This document shows positions 20,482-30,958 of a DNA stretch of 64,000 bases, piece by piece. A model generated the notes under the pieces. It saw nothing but the letters and a program-made list of their open reading frames with translations. It made no database searches and was not told the DNA's origin. This DNA is from Prochlorococcus sp. AG-409-P03 (GTDB lineage: Bacteria; Cyanobacteriota; Cyanobacteriia; PCC-6307; Cyanobiaceae). Location: the NCBI GenBank assembly GCA_003215295.1, contig QCKN01000006.1, forward strand, positions 9,159 to 73,158, read 5' to 3'. How positions within the stretch are numbered: the first letter of the stretch is position 1; the number at the start of each line of letters is the position of its first letter. Position numbers and translations under genes: made by a program.

Positions 20482-20524
20482 CAAAAAAACTCAAAAGCTC
20501 TAGGGAAGTTTTGAAGGTGATTAC

Positions 20525-21898
20525 TCAAAGGCGGAGTGCTTTCAGTTCTCGCTGCATTATGCCTTTGAGATCTAATAAGACTCCTTTTGGAATAAGAAGA
20601 CTCTGCCATTCTGTGGGACTTAGATCAGCAAATTGTCTATGTGCTACTGCGCCAATCACTGCTGAATAGCAATTCCCATTCGGGATTTCATTTAGTACTT
20701 CCAGTCCATATTCTTTGAATGCTTCGGAAACATCTATCCAGGGATCTACAACAGTTGCCTCCATTCCATAGTGTTTCAGGGCAGTAATTAAATCCACTAC
20801 ACGGGTATTGCGTAGATCAGGACAGTTTTCTTTGAAGGCAAGTCCGAGCACTAATACTTTTGCGCCCCCTACTAAAAGCCTTCGTTGTGCCATCTTTAGT
20901 ACTAATTGCTCAACAACCCAACCACTCATCCCATCATTGATGCGTCTACCGGCCAGAACTACTTGAGGGTGGTAGCCGGCTTGCTCAGCTTTGTGGGTTA
21001 GGTAATAAGGATCCACCCCTATACAGTGACCGCCCACGAGACCAGGACGAAAAGGTAGAAAATTCCATTTTGTTCCGGCTGCTTCTAGCACATCTAACGT
21101 GTCAATCCCAAGTCGGCTAAAGATGATTGACAGCTCATTTACCAAGGCAATATTGAGATCTCTCTGAGTATTTTCAATTACTTTTGCTGCTTCTGCGACT
21201 TTAAGGCTCGCGGCCATATGTGTACCTGCTGACACTATGGATCCATAAAAGTCGTCGATCCATTGAGCCGCTTCAGGCGTACTTCCACTAGTTACTTTTG
21301 TAATATTGCTCAACTTGTGTTCCACATCTCCTGGATTGATTCGTTCGGGGCTATATCCACAAACAAAACCAGCTCCTTTTTCGAGATTATTGAACTTAAG
21401 TCCTGACTCCCTTTCGATAATGGGAATACATACTTCTTCGGTAGCGCCTGGATACACAGTACTTTCGTAAATCACCACTGAAGTCGTTGCTGAAGCTTCT
21501 TTTTTTTGTCTAGAAGCTCGTTTCTTTAAAGCCTTGGCGACCGTAGTTGTGGCATTTTCCAGAGGGGTTAAATAAGGCCTTTTGGCTTTGTCAATTGGTG
21601 TTGGTACAGATATTACAAACACATCTGCTTCAGCAAGAATCTCGATATCGCTAGTGAATTCTAGGAGTGTGGCTGCTTTTAATTCTTCTTTACTTATTTC
21701 TTGGGTTCTTTCAATCCCTTGTTGCAGCTCGTTGAGTCTTTGTTGGTTAATGTCAAAGCCAATTACCTTTCGGCTCATCTGGTCATGTGTTCGTTTAGAA
21801 GCTTGTGGCTTTCCAAATTCAACGGCTAATGGGAGTCCGACATATCCGAGTCCAATGACGGCAACAGTACAAGTATTTAGATCTGGGAAACTTGTCAC
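20525..21898 (-). CDS. Nucleotide-sugar 6-dehydrogenase (UDP-glucose/GDP-mannose dehydrogenase family; UDP-HexNAc dehydrogenase-like)
   Basis: VIGLGYVGLPLAVEFG is the Rossmann motif and GGHCIGVDPYY carries the catalytic Cys. The start codon is GTG. Confidence 0.9.
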   Translation of the reverse strand: MTSFPDLNTCTVAVIGLGYVGLPLAVEFGKPQASKRTHDQMSRKVIGFDINQQRLNELQQGIERTQEISKEELKAATLLEFTSDIEILAEADVFVISVPTPIDKAKRPYLTPLENATTTVAKALKKRASRQKKEASATTSVVIYESTVYPGATEEVCIPIIERESGLKFNNLEKGAGFVCGYSPERINPGDVEHKLSNITKVTSGSTPEAAQWIDDFYGSIVSAGTHMAASLKVAEAAKVIENTQRDLNIALVNELSIIFSRLGIDTLDVLEAAGTKWNFLPFRPGLVGGHCIGVDPYYLTHKAEQAGYHPQVVLAGRRINDGMSGWVVEQLVLKMAQRRLLVGGAKVLVLGLAFKENCPDLRNTRVVDLITALKHYGMEATVVDPWIDVSEAFKEYGLEVLNEIPNGNCYSAVIGAVAHRQFADLSPTEWQSLLIPKGVLLDLKGIMQRELKALRL

Positions 21899-22024
21899 AA
21901 GCTGACTTTTAGGCTAATTGGAAGCCTGCTTTTTACTTATATGGTTAATCTAGCTTGGAATAATTCTTTCTTTGCTCTTCTTTAGAGATGAAAAACGATA
22001 TTAATTGTAGTTTCGTACTGGCAA

Positions 22025-23047
22025 TTAAACACCGTAAAAATCTCTATACCACTCTACAAATTTTTTCACGCCTTCTTTCACAGGAGTATTGGGCTTGAAG
22101 CCTATCCATGCTTCAAGTGCTGATGTGTCAGCAGCTGTTGCTGGCACATCTCCTTGTTGCATAGGAAGCAGTTTTTTCTTGGCTTTAGTATTTAATGCTT
22201 CTTCGATTGCGCCTATGTATTCCATCAGAGGCGTGGGATTGGAGTTTCCTATGTTGAAAATTTTATGTGGAGCCCAGCTGCCTGAGGGAGTAGGAGCATT
22301 GGGATTGAAGAGTGGGTCTGGAGTAGCAGGTTTATTTAATACACGTATAAGACTTTCAACTATGTCATCGATAAATGTGAAGTCCCTGATCATGTTCCCA
22401 TGATTGAAAACCTCAATAACTTCGCCTGCAAGAATTGCACGGGTGAAGAGGAATAAAGCCATGTCTGGTCTTCCCCAGGGACCATACACAGTAAAAAACC
22501 TTAGACCTGTTGCAGGAAGGTTATACAGATGGCTATATGTATGAGCCATCAATTCATTTGCTTTTTTGCTAGCAGCGTAGAGGCTGACAGGATGATCAAC
22601 ACTTTGGTTTTCTGAGAAAGGAAGGTTGGTATTGCCTCCATAAACTGAACTGCTACTTGCATAGACAAGATGATCAACTTTGTGATGTCGGCAGCCTTCA
22701 ATTATGTTCCCAAACCCTACTAAATTGGCCTGAATATAGGCCGATGGATTTTCAATTGAATATCGAACTCCTGCCTGAGCAGCTAGGTTTACAACCTTTT
22801 TAGGTTTGTTTGAGGCGAACACATTTTCGACAGAGTGCGAATCTTCTAGATCTATTCTTTCTAATAAAAATTCGTTGCCTGTTTTGTTGGCTGTCTCCTT
22901 TAGTTTTCCTAAACGAGCCTCTTTAAGTAAGGGGTCGTAATAGGAATTGAGATTGTCTATCCCAATTACTTTTGACCCACCTTCCAATAATCTTTGACTT
23001 AGGTGAAACCCTATGAATCCTGCGGCACCAGTAACTAGAACAGTCAT
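22025..23047 (-). CDS. NAD-dependent nucleotide-sugar epimerase (UDP-glucuronate 4-epimerase-like SDR)
   Basis: VLVTGAAGFIGFHL, IDNLNSYYDPLLKEARL and YAASKKANE (the YxxxK catalytic motif). Confidence 0.9.
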   Translation of the reverse strand: MTVLVTGAAGFIGFHLSQRLLEGGSKVIGIDNLNSYYDPLLKEARLGKLKETANKTGNEFLLERIDLEDSHSVENVFASNKPKKVVNLAAQAGVRYSIENPSAYIQANLVGFGNIIEGCRHHKVDHLVYASSSSVYGGNTNLPFSENQSVDHPVSLYAASKKANELMAHTYSHLYNLPATGLRFFTVYGPWGRPDMALFLFTRAILAGEVIEVFNHGNMIRDFTFIDDIVESLIRVLNKPATPDPLFNPNAPTPSGSWAPHKIFNIGNSNPTPLMEYIGAIEEALNTKAKKKLLPMQQGDVPATAADTSALEAWIGFKPNTPVKEGVKKFVEWYRDFYGV

Positions 23048-23181
23048 AAGGAGTTCAAATCTTTATTAGTTGTTCCTGTATTAGAGGAATATTCATCCAG
23101 AGTCTTTCAGAGACTTTCGAGGGTATGACTTGTGATTGCAAGAGCTACCCCAAAGCGGTGGTCTCTTGCAATCATTAGAGG

Positions 23182-23254
23182 TGCCAGGACCCAGATTTGA
23201 ACTGGGGACACGGCGATTTTCAGTCGCCTGCTCTACCAACTGAGCTATCCCGGC
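23182..23254 (-). tRNA. trnF: tRNA-Phe (anticodon GAA)
   Basis: The reverse complement GCCGGGATAGCTCAGTTGGTAGAGCAGGCGACTGAAAATCGCC...GGTTCAAATCTGGGTCCTGGCA folds as a cloverleaf. It has a 7-bp acceptor stem including one G-U pair, and the anticodon loop CTGAAAA. A full CCA is not encoded. Confidence 0.92.
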
Positions 23255-23304
23255 TTGTCGCGTCAGATACCTTTGAATTTTAGATCACAGCGTGAATTAA
23301 GCCT

Positions 23305-23577
23305 TTAAGTGCTACTTGTAGCCACCTTGAACATGGAAACCAATGTTTTGTGAGCATCCTCACTATCGACCAGGGTGTGGTTGAAGGCAATTGCAATCAG
23401 TTCTCCATCTACCTCTAATTTCATCTCTTTGGTATTTAACTCAACCATCTTGGCCTGAAGGGGGGGCTTACACCCTGCATAGTGTGTTGCATATGTGACC
23501 AAGGCCTTTGAATGATCATTATTCATATGCTTACAGATTCTTGCAGCCACATCATTTGTTAAAGGAGCATTTTTCAT
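23305..23577 (-). CDS. DUF2470-like small protein
   Basis: ICKHMNNDHSKALVTYATHYAG resembles the DUF2470 signature (hmN-DH). Confidence 0.55.
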   Translation of the reverse strand: MKNAPLTNDVAARICKHMNNDHSKALVTYATHYAGCKPPLQAKMVELNTKEMKLEVDGELIAIAFNHTLVDSEDAHKTLVSMFKVATSST

Positions 23578-23804
23578 GACTTTTCAATGATACTAAAGAT
23601 GACGAAAGTGCAAACTTGGTAGTTTCTTTAATATATACCCTAAGTGTACTTTAAATGGAAGTATATGTAGATACTCCTTTGCTTTTGCTGTTGCTGTTGC
23701 TGTTTTGCTAGCTTGTAATTTATGAGAAGAGATGAGTCCAAGATGCTTGATCATATATTCCATTGCGGATGAACCATAAGAAAATCTTTCTGATTAAGAC
23801 CAAA

Positions 23805-25076
23805 CTATCTTCTTAGCTGCTCGACTGACTGTAAGGCCAATAATGCAACACCAAGTGCAGGAGGCTCAGTACAAGTGCGAATGGGGATCCCAATATGTTT
23901 TTCTCGTAGGAATCTCCATTGTGGATTCCTTGCACCACCTCCAATGGTCACTATTCTTTTTGGGACTTCAATTCCTAGACTTATAAGTTTGTGCCATCCA
24001 TCTGCTTCTATTTTTGCGAAGGCTTCAAGTAAAGCATGGAGATACAGGGAATCACTTACTGGTCTAGGCTCCAAATTTGGCTCTAAATTGGGATCATTAA
24101 CTGGGAACCGCTCGCCCTTACAGGCTAGCGGCATGAGTCTTATTCCACTATCATTTTCAGTATTAATTTGTCTGCTTAATTCAATCAGCTCATCGTCAGT
24201 AAAGATTTTCTTTAGGACCGCACACCCTGAATTAGAAGCGCCTCCACACAACCATCGTCCTCCAACGTAGTGGTTGGTAATTCCTTCACCTTCAATTGGC
24301 TTTTGAACAAACCTTTTAAGAACAATCGTGCTGCCTAAAATAGTTATTCCTTCGTAGGATCTTGGATTACTTGCTAAAACTGAAGCATTGGAGTCAGTGG
24401 TGCCAGAAATTATAAGAACCTTATCCGGCAGATCAAGATTTTTTGATTGCAATTTATCAATTTTGGCAAGGACTTTTCCACTGGGAATAATTTCAGGCAA
24501 AGATTTTCTTAGAGAGTGTGTTGAGAAGTTAGTTGGCCATGATTTTTCAATAAGCTTCCATCCCATGCGCACATTGTTACCTTCTTCCCCCCATCTCCAG
24601 TCGCCAATTAACCAGCCTGTAATCCAGTCGGCTTGATGTCTTATTAGAAGGTTCTTCCCATTTTGATCTATTAGTCGAAGTGCTCGCGCAAGGCTGCTGT
24701 CAAGTCTTGCTGCAGATCCATTGCTAACAAGACTTGCTACTGCTTTATCTTGTTCCAGGCAACTTAAGTAGTAAGGCAGTGCCTTGCTAATCGGCTCTCC
24801 TGTTTTGTCGCAAGCTAAAACTGTGCCGGAGGTTCCATCTACAGCACAGGCCATAAGTTTACTTTTTATTTTTTTAGGAATAGCTTTAATTAGTGTTTGG
24901 CAGCAATACTTCCAGTCTTCCCATTCTTCGAGACCTTTTGGATAAGGCATATTTGCTGTATGAACTAACTCTCGCTTCGTGTTTATAACTGCGATTTTCA
25001 CACCACTAGTCCCAAGGTCTATGCCAAGCACCATGGCGGACTCCATCATGGTGCTTGAGGACGCTTTGCCTTGCAT
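23805..25076 (-). CDS. FGGY-family carbohydrate kinase
   Basis: VLGIDLGTSGVKIAV is the phosphate-1 motif, GTTDSNAS follows, and the C-terminal GGGARNP is the FGGY signature. The true start may be one of the internal Met codons (MMESAM). Confidence 0.8.
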   Translation of the reverse strand: MQGKASSSTMMESAMVLGIDLGTSGVKIAVINTKRELVHTANMPYPKGLEEWEDWKYCCQTLIKAIPKKIKSKLMACAVDGTSGTVLACDKTGEPISKALPYYLSCLEQDKAVASLVSNGSAARLDSSLARALRLIDQNGKNLLIRHQADWITGWLIGDWRWGEEGNNVRMGWKLIEKSWPTNFSTHSLRKSLPEIIPSGKVLAKIDKLQSKNLDLPDKVLIISGTTDSNASVLASNPRSYEGITILGSTIVLKRFVQKPIEGEGITNHYVGGRWLCGGASNSGCAVLKKIFTDDELIELSRQINTENDSGIRLMPLACKGERFPVNDPNLEPNLEPRPVSDSLYLHALLEAFAKIEADGWHKLISLGIEVPKRIVTIGGGARNPQWRFLREKHIGIPIRTCTEPPALGVALLALQSVEQLRR

Positions 25077-25089
25077 TAAGAAGATGGCT

Positions 25090-26316
25090 TTAAAGCTGAG
25101 ATAGCTTTTCTATGTGATTTTTCACATCTTCCCAAGGAAGATTTAGGTCAGGACGCCCAAAATGCCCGTATGCCGCAGTATCTCTATAAAATTTGCCTCC
25201 TCTTAATGAGGGTAGCTTTCGTAGATTGAACTGCTCAATAATTGCGCCTGGACGGAGATCGAAATTATCTTGCACAATTTGGGTTAAATCTAAATTTGAT
25301 AATTTGCCTGTTCGGAAGGAATCAACCAAAATTGAGACAGGTTTAGCTACTCCTATTGCATAGCTAAGTTGGACTTCTGCCCTTTTTGCAAGACCGGCCG
25401 CAACTAGACATTTTGAAACGTGTCTTGCTGCATAGGCTGCTGATCTATCTACTTTTGTTGGATCTTTGCCTGAGAAAGCCCCCCCTCCATGTCTGGCATA
25501 TCCGCCATATGTGTCCACTATGATTTTTCTTCCAGTAAGGCCAGCGTCACCTTGTGGTCCACCAACCACAAATTTACCAGTTGGGTTAACAAGGAAGCGC
25601 GTTTTCTCCTTGTTTGGCTTTAATACCAAATCAGCAGTGGCTGGCTTTACAACATGCTCCCAGAGATCTTGCGTTATTTTTTTCTGGATTGCTTCTTCAT
25701 TTGTTAATCCGTTTATTTCTGCCGTGTGCTGGGTTGAGATCAATATTGTGTCAATAGCTACTGGCTGGTCATTTTCGTAGACCACACTCACTTGTGTTTT
25801 CCCGTCGGGCAAGAGGTATTCCAATGTCTTGTTATGCCGCACAAATGCAAGTCTTCTTGATAAGCGGTGGGCCAGACTTATTGGGAGAGGCATTAATTCA
25901 GGCGTTTCATCGCAGGCATAACCAAACATGATGCCTTGATCACCAGCTCCAACTTGGTCGAGAGGATCATCTGAGTGATCTTCTGCCTCATTTACACCTT
26001 GAGCGATATCCGGTGACTGTTGATCTAGCGCAACTAGTACTGCACAGCTATTAGCATCGAAACCTCCTGCACGGGCACCTGAATATCCAATTTCTCTAAT
26101 TACGTCTCTTACGAGATGGATGAAATCAACTTTTGCTGTGGAAGTTACTTCTCCTGTTATTAAGCAGAGGCCTGTATTGACGACAGTTTCACAAGCAACA
26201 CGACTAGCTGGGTCTTGAGCAAGCAATGCGTCTAGCACGGCATCACTAATCTGATCACAAATCTTGTCTGGGTGACCTTCTGTAACTGATTCAGAAGTAA
26301 AAACGTAGCGACTCAT
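25090..26316 (-). CDS. metK: S-adenosylmethionine synthetase
   Basis: [36 protein letters not shown] and [16 protein letters not shown] are canonical MetK motifs. Confidence 0.97.
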   Translation of the reverse strand: MSRYVFTSESVTEGHPDKICDQISDAVLDALLAQDPASRVACETVVNTGLCLITGEVTSTAKVDFIHLVRDVIREIGYSGARAGGFDANSCAVLVALDQQSPDIAQGVNEAEDHSDDPLDQVGAGDQGIMFGYACDETPELMPLPISLAHRLSRRLAFVRHNKTLEYLLPDGKTQVSVVYENDQPVAIDTILISTQHTAEINGLTNEEAIQKKITQDLWEHVVKPATADLVLKPNKEKTRFLVNPTGKFVVGGPQGDAGLTGRKIIVDTYGGYARHGGGAFSGKDPTKVDRSAAYAARHVSKCLVAAGLAKRAEVQLSYAIGVAKPVSILVDSFRTGKLSNLDLTQIVQDNFDLRPGAIIEQFNLRKLPSLRGGKFYRDTAAYGHFGRPDLNLPWEDVKNHIEKLSQL

Positions 26317-27116
26317 AAAACTCCAATTTTGTTGTGAACTTTAGGTTTTGGTTGAAGATTCAGTTCATCCCAGTGATGTATTAAATGATGGTGTTCGGTG
26401 AGGCGAGGGGGCTTGGTCCAGCCTCCTGAGTAGCCCAAAGCTATTCCAATGCCAGCTTGTCTGGCCATCTTTAAATCTGTATCTGCATCTCCCACTAGGG
26501 CACATTCGGATGGTTGAAGTTGAATGATTTTGCAAAGTTCCAATACTGCACCTGGATTAGGTTTGGTAGGTTGATTGTCTGCACTCCATAAACCGTATAT
26601 ATCGTTTGTAACGTCATTTGTTTCTAAGAAATTGATAATACCTTCCCTAGTGTCATTGCTTATCATTGCGCATTTGACGCCAGCTTCTTTTAAATTCTGC
26701 AATAGGTTTTGTACTCCTGGTAGCAAAGTTCTTTTAATTGGCTCTTTATATGTAGCTCTATCTACTAATTGGAATATTTCATGAGCCATAGCAACGGCTT
26801 TTGACCAGTCGACTCCTAATAGACAAAGCACACTGGCGGTGGAGATTAGGTTGTGTTCACGAGAAGCAATAGCAATTGAACCGTTTGGACTTAGTCCATG
26901 AGAGGTGAGTCCATATACAGACGATAAAAAATCTTCTAATTTTTTGACTTCATGGCCACTTCTATTCATCTTTATAAAGAGCTTTGCGCCTTCATTGACT
27001 CTTAGTTGTGCAAGTTGCAGAAGGTGCTCCTCGCTTTTAGAAAGAGTGCCATCTTTGTCAAATAGCACTCCTTTGATATCGCCGATTGGATTCCCTCTAA
27101 GCAAAAGTTCTGGCAT
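26313..27116 (-). CDS. HAD-superfamily hydrolase
   Basis: [10 protein letters not shown] is motif I and [15 protein letters not shown] is motif IV. Its stop overlaps the metK start as ATGA. Confidence 0.75.
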   Translation of the reverse strand: MPELLLRGNPIGDIKGVLFDKDGTLSKSEEHLLQLAQLRVNEGAKLFIKMNRSGHEVKKLEDFLSSVYGLTSHGLSPNGSIAIASREHNLISTASVLCLLGVDWSKAVAMAHEIFQLVDRATYKEPIKRTLLPGVQNLLQNLKEAGVKCAMISNDTREGIINFLETNDVTNDIYGLWSADNQPTKPNPGAVLELCKIIQLQPSECALVGDADTDLKMARQAGIGIALGYSGGWTKPPRLTEHHHLIHHWDELNLQPKPKVHNKIGVL

Positions 27117-27132
27117 AGGATTCTCTATAAGG

Positions 27133-28233
27133 TCAGATCATCATTACAGGGGTTGAATCTTCTCCTTCTTCAGCCTGTTCAAGCAGCATTTGCTTGTAGC
27201 GGGCAGCCATTTCTTCAGCTTTATCAAAGACTTTTTGTGGGTCTGTAAGCATGTCACCTGGCTCTGGTTCAAGTGCCTTAGTGGATAACGAAATACGGCC
27301 CCGCTCAGCATCTAGATCAATAATCATGACTTTCATTTGATCGTTCACGTTGAGTACTGAATGGGGTGTCTCAATGTGTTCGTGACTGATCTCTGATATG
27401 TGTAGCAGCCCACTTACTCCGCCAATATCTATAAATGCTCCGTATGGCTTTATCCCTCGAACTGCACCTATAACGACCTCGCCAACTTCTAGGCGGTTCA
27501 TTTTTCTTTCTACCAAGGCTCTTCTATGGCTAAGAACAAGGCGATTACGTTCTTCGTCAACTTCTAGAAACTTCAATGGTAAGAAGTCAGCTACAAGCTC
27601 TTCTTTCGCTTTACGAGTACTGATGTGTGACCCAGGAATAAACCCTCTTAGTCCTTCTACACGAACGAGAGCGCCTCCGCGATTGGTTGCAAAAACTTCA
27701 GAGTAAATAGTTGCATCTTCTTTTTGAAGCTGTCTGACACGTTCCCATGCACGTTGATATTCAATTCTTCGAATGGAAAGAGAAAGCTGCCCATCTTCAT
27801 TTTCCTCGCTCATTATGAAAAATTCTCTTACCTCGGCTGGTTGCAGTACATCACTTAGTCCTTCAACTCTGTTAATTGACACCTCTTGCATTGGCATGAA
27901 AGCGGCTGTCTTAGCTCCTATATCTATCATTGCTCCTTTGGATTCAAGAGCAAAAACCGTTCCGTTGACTATGTCCCCTGGCTTGAAGTTGTAGTCGTAC
28001 TTGCTGAGGAGAGATGCGAATTCATCGAGAGTGAAGCCTGCGCTCTCAAGGTCATTTTTATTTACTCTGCTTGTTGGATCATCAGCTGATGGAACGTCTT
28101 CAGGAATGCTGAGATCTTCTTGGGTAGTTTCTTCAATTTGACCAGTCTCTGCCTCATGACTTTGGGCTTGCTCAGTTGGAATATTGTTTTCTACAACTGA
28201 ATCTGTGGTCGCTTCAGAGGAGGTAGCAGACAT
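27133..28233 (-). CDS. rpsA: 30S ribosomal protein S1 (cyanobacterial short form)
   Basis: Three to four S1 (OB-fold) repeats, for example GDIVNGTVFALESKGAMIDIGAKTAAFMP and GEVVIGAVRGIKPYGAFIDIGGVSGLLHISEIS. Confidence 0.9.
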   Translation of the reverse strand: MSATSSEATTDSVVENNIPTEQAQSHEAETGQIEETTQEDLSIPEDVPSADDPTSRVNKNDLESAGFTLDEFASLLSKYDYNFKPGDIVNGTVFALESKGAMIDIGAKTAAFMPMQEVSINRVEGLSDVLQPAEVREFFIMSEENEDGQLSLSIRRIEYQRAWERVRQLQKEDATIYSEVFATNRGGALVRVEGLRGFIPGSHISTRKAKEELVADFLPLKFLEVDEERNRLVLSHRRALVERKMNRLEVGEVVIGAVRGIKPYGAFIDIGGVSGLLHISEISHEHIETPHSVLNVNDQMKVMIIDLDAERGRISLSTKALEPEPGDMLTDPQKVFDKAEEMAARYKQMLLEQAEEGEDSTPVMMI

Positions 28234-28339
28234 AAACTAATTGGCGGTCTGTCCTTGGACAGTAAGAAAGGTACCCCCGCATAGCCCGCCGACTAAGGGA
28301 AGTAGTTAGCTACTCTACAGATCTATTGCTTATTAAGCT

Positions 28340-28816
28340 TCACCCAATGGTTGCGAATTGACTTTTATCAGTTTTAAAGCTTTCTAGCGTGGCCACAAAG
28401 TCATTTATTCCATGGAAATTGCGATATACAGATGCAAATCGTATATAGGCCACTTCGTTAATACCTTTTAGTCGCTCTAATACCATTTCTCCTATCTCGA
28501 GGCTCTGGATTTCACGAATATTGCTTTGATGCAATTGAGTTTCTAGCTCATCAACAATAATTTGAACCTTATTTCCCTCAGTAATTGTCTTTTCACAAGC
28601 TCTGGTGATTCCGTTAAGGAGCTTGCTCCGACTAAATGTTTCTCGATTACCGTTTCTTTTTATCACTGTAATTGGAACAGTTTCCACTCTTTCATAAGTG
28701 GTGAAACGAAAATCACAATTTAAGCATTCTCTTCTTCTACGCACACTTCTACCTGCATCGGCAGCGCGTGACTCAAGGACTCTGCTATCTGTGTTTTGGC
28801 ATGAGGGGCATTGCAT
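28340..28816 (-). CDS. nrdR: Transcriptional repressor NrdR
   Basis: [17 protein letters not shown]...[16 protein letters not shown] is a zinc ribbon, followed by an ATP-cone domain. Confidence 0.93.
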   Translation of the reverse strand: MQCPSCQNTDSRVLESRAADAGRSVRRRRECLNCDFRFTTYERVETVPITVIKRNGNRETFSRSKLLNGITRACEKTITEGNKVQIIVDELETQLHQSNIREIQSLEIGEMVLERLKGINEVAYIRFASVYRNFHGINDFVATLESFKTDKSQFATIG

Positions 28817-28986
28817 ACTGCCCTATCAACTCAAAGTATTTACTTACCAACTGTATACATTTATTTGCCTAATGAGAAGCCCTTTGTTTAATGATCTCTA
28901 CCAAAGAGTTTTTATAAGGGTCTTGTTTAGCGATGCGATTTGATCTTGCATTCAATAGGAATCCAAGAGATTGGAGAGATCTAGGC

Positions 28987-29018
28987 AAAAAAAAAGCCCT
29001 GCTGTAGATAGCAGGGCT
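28987..29018 (-). terminator. Rho-independent terminator downstream of psbB-psbT
   Basis: On the minus strand, agccctgct / agcagggct form a 9-bp stem with a 6-nt loop. A run of 9 U follows (A-run 28987-28995 on the plus strand). The stem starts 5 nt after the psbT stop. Confidence 0.8.
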
Positions 29019-29023
29019 TGTGA

Positions 29024-29122
29024 TTAACGCCTTTTGTATTTTGGCGGATCGCGGAACGCGACACAGAAAAACAGGGTAATAATCGCTAAAGCGAGAATTA
29101 GTACGTAGGTAAAAGCTTCCAT
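29024..29122 (-). CDS. psbT: Photosystem II reaction-centre protein T
   Basis: Hand translation gives [32 protein letters not shown] (32 aa), starting 45 nt downstream of psbB. It is below the ORF-track size cut-off. Confidence 0.9.
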   Translation of the reverse strand: MEAFTYVLILALAIITLFFCVAFRDPPKYKRR

Positions 29123-29167
29123 AGAGAAGTTTGGTTAGGGAACTATCAGCTTGGGGTGACCTTGATA

Positions 29168-30724
29168 TTAGGCACGCCCAGCGACACGGCGTGTGGATTC
29201 GTCTCCAAGTTTCTTGAAGAGTCCGAATTCAACTTGATCTCCGATATCTGGATCAATTCCAGCAAAGACATCCTTATAAAGGGTTCTTGCTGCATGCCAC
29301 CAATGACCGAAGAGATAGAGCAAACCAAAACTGGCATGTGCAAATGTAAACCAGCTTCTTGGAGAGCTTCTGAAAACACCATCGGACTTGTAGCGATCCC
29401 TATCGAACTTAAAGGCTTCGCCAAGTTGAGCTTTACGTGCAAGACGCTTAACAACTACTGGGTCGTTAAAAGTCTTGCCATCTAGTTCGCCACCATAAAT
29501 GGTCGCCGTAACACCAGTTTGCTCGATGGAATACTTCGCTTCTGCGCGACGGAAGGGGATGTCAGCACGAACATTCCCGTCTTTGTCTTCAAGGATGACT
29601 GGGAAGTTCTCGAAGAAGTTTGGAATTCTTCTAACTTCTAGATCATTGCCTTCTTTGTCTTGGAAAGAAACATGACCTTGCCATCCTGTTGGTAATCCAT
29701 CACCGTTGACCATGGCACCAACCCTGAAAAGTCCTCCTTTAGCAGGGCTATTGCCAACATAATCATAGAAAGCAAGTTTCTCGGGGATGGAAGCATAGGC
29801 TTCTGCTTTAGATGCTCCGCCATCCATTGCTGCTTGTACTCGACGGTTGATTTCAGCTTTGAAGTAGCCAGAATCCCACTGGTATCGAGTCGGACCAAAT
29901 AGCTCAACAGGAGTGGTGGCAGAGCCATACCACATTGTTCCTGAGACGACAAAAGAAACAAAGAGAGTTGCTGCTAGTGCACTAGCTAGAACACCTTCAA
30001 GGCTTCCCATCCTTAGGTTTCTATAGAGCCTTTCTCCTGGACGGTTGGTGATATGGAATATCCCACCAACCATTCCAATGATTCCTGCACCTATGTGGTT
30101 GGCAACAATTCCACCAGGGTTGAATGGGTTGAAGCCTGCTGCACCCCAAGCGGGTTTGACAGGCTCTACATGGCCTGTTAGTGCATATGGATCAGAAACC
30201 CATATGCCAACTGTGCCGCAATGGAAAGCACCAAAGCCGAAACAAACTAGTCCTGCGAGGAAAAGGTGGATTCCGAAGATTCTGGGCAGGTCTAGAGCAG
30301 CCTCGCCTGTGCGGGAATCTTCCCAGAGTTCAAGATCCCAGTAAGTCCAGTGCCATATGGCAGCAAGGATCAGCAGACCGCTGAAGAGGATATGTGCTAC
30401 TGCAACGCCTTCAAAGGTGGAGAACGGAAGAGCCTTCCCCCAGAATCCTAATGAATCAAGATCAAACGATGCAGTCGCACCGGTTAGATCCCAGCCACTC
30501 CAGCTACTTGTAACGCCTAGGCGGGCCATGAAGGGCATGACATACATGCCCTGCCGCCACATTGGATTAAGGACTGGATCAGAAGGATCAAAGATGGCCA
30601 ATTCGTAAAGGGCCATGGAGCCGGCCCAGCCGGCTAAAAGAGCTGTGTGCATGAGGTGCACGGCCAGTAATCGACCTGGGTCATTGATTACGACGCTGTG
30701 CACCCGATACCAGGGCAATCCCAT
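29168..30724 (-). CDS. psbB: Photosystem II CP47 chlorophyll apoprotein
   Basis: [43 protein letters not shown]... is unmistakably CP47 along the whole protein. Confidence 0.98.
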   Translation of the reverse strand: MGLPWYRVHSVVINDPGRLLAVHLMHTALLAGWAGSMALYELAIFDPSDPVLNPMWRQGMYVMPFMARLGVTSSWSGWDLTGATASFDLDSLGFWGKALPFSTFEGVAVAHILFSGLLILAAIWHWTYWDLELWEDSRTGEAALDLPRIFGIHLFLAGLVCFGFGAFHCGTVGIWVSDPYALTGHVEPVKPAWGAAGFNPFNPGGIVANHIGAGIIGMVGGIFHITNRPGERLYRNLRMGSLEGVLASALAATLFVSFVVSGTMWYGSATTPVELFGPTRYQWDSGYFKAEINRRVQAAMDGGASKAEAYASIPEKLAFYDYVGNSPAKGGLFRVGAMVNGDGLPTGWQGHVSFQDKEGNDLEVRRIPNFFENFPVILEDKDGNVRADIPFRRAEAKYSIEQTGVTATIYGGELDGKTFNDPVVVKRLARKAQLGEAFKFDRDRYKSDGVFRSSPRSWFTFAHASFGLLYLFGHWWHAARTLYKDVFAGIDPDIGDQVEFGLFKKLGDESTRRVAGRA

Positions 30725-30958
30725 GGGTCAGGTTCGTGGTACGAAGCTGCTTAGTGCAGCCAGACCGACTGATCGTAAAGCTTCTGCCTTTTTCTAAGGG
30801 GGTTCTTGTTGTTAGCTGAAACTTGTGTTGACACTTCAATTTTCTAGAAATTAGCTTTATGTCGCTGGGTGAGGACGCTTTGGGAGTCCAATATTCTTTG
30901 AAATCTTTGGTCACAAATCGCAATGCCAAAGGGTCTAAATCGGTAGAACCGAAGCTTT

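Noticed and set aside
23686-23704. Short tandem repeat (TGCTGT)x3.
   Set aside because: It has only three units and lies in an intergenic spacer. It is too short to call a functional microsatellite or a contingency locus.
29146-30929. ORFs overlapping psbB in other frames or on the other strand (29146-29454, 29156-29485, 29638-29961, 30045-30608, 30615-30797 and 30681-30929).
   Set aside because: psbB (CP47) fully explains this DNA. The shadow ORFs have no motifs. The same reasoning applies to the many antisense ORFs inside other confidently identified genes, such as 3368-3838, 12516-12800, 21582-21905 and 27398-27706.
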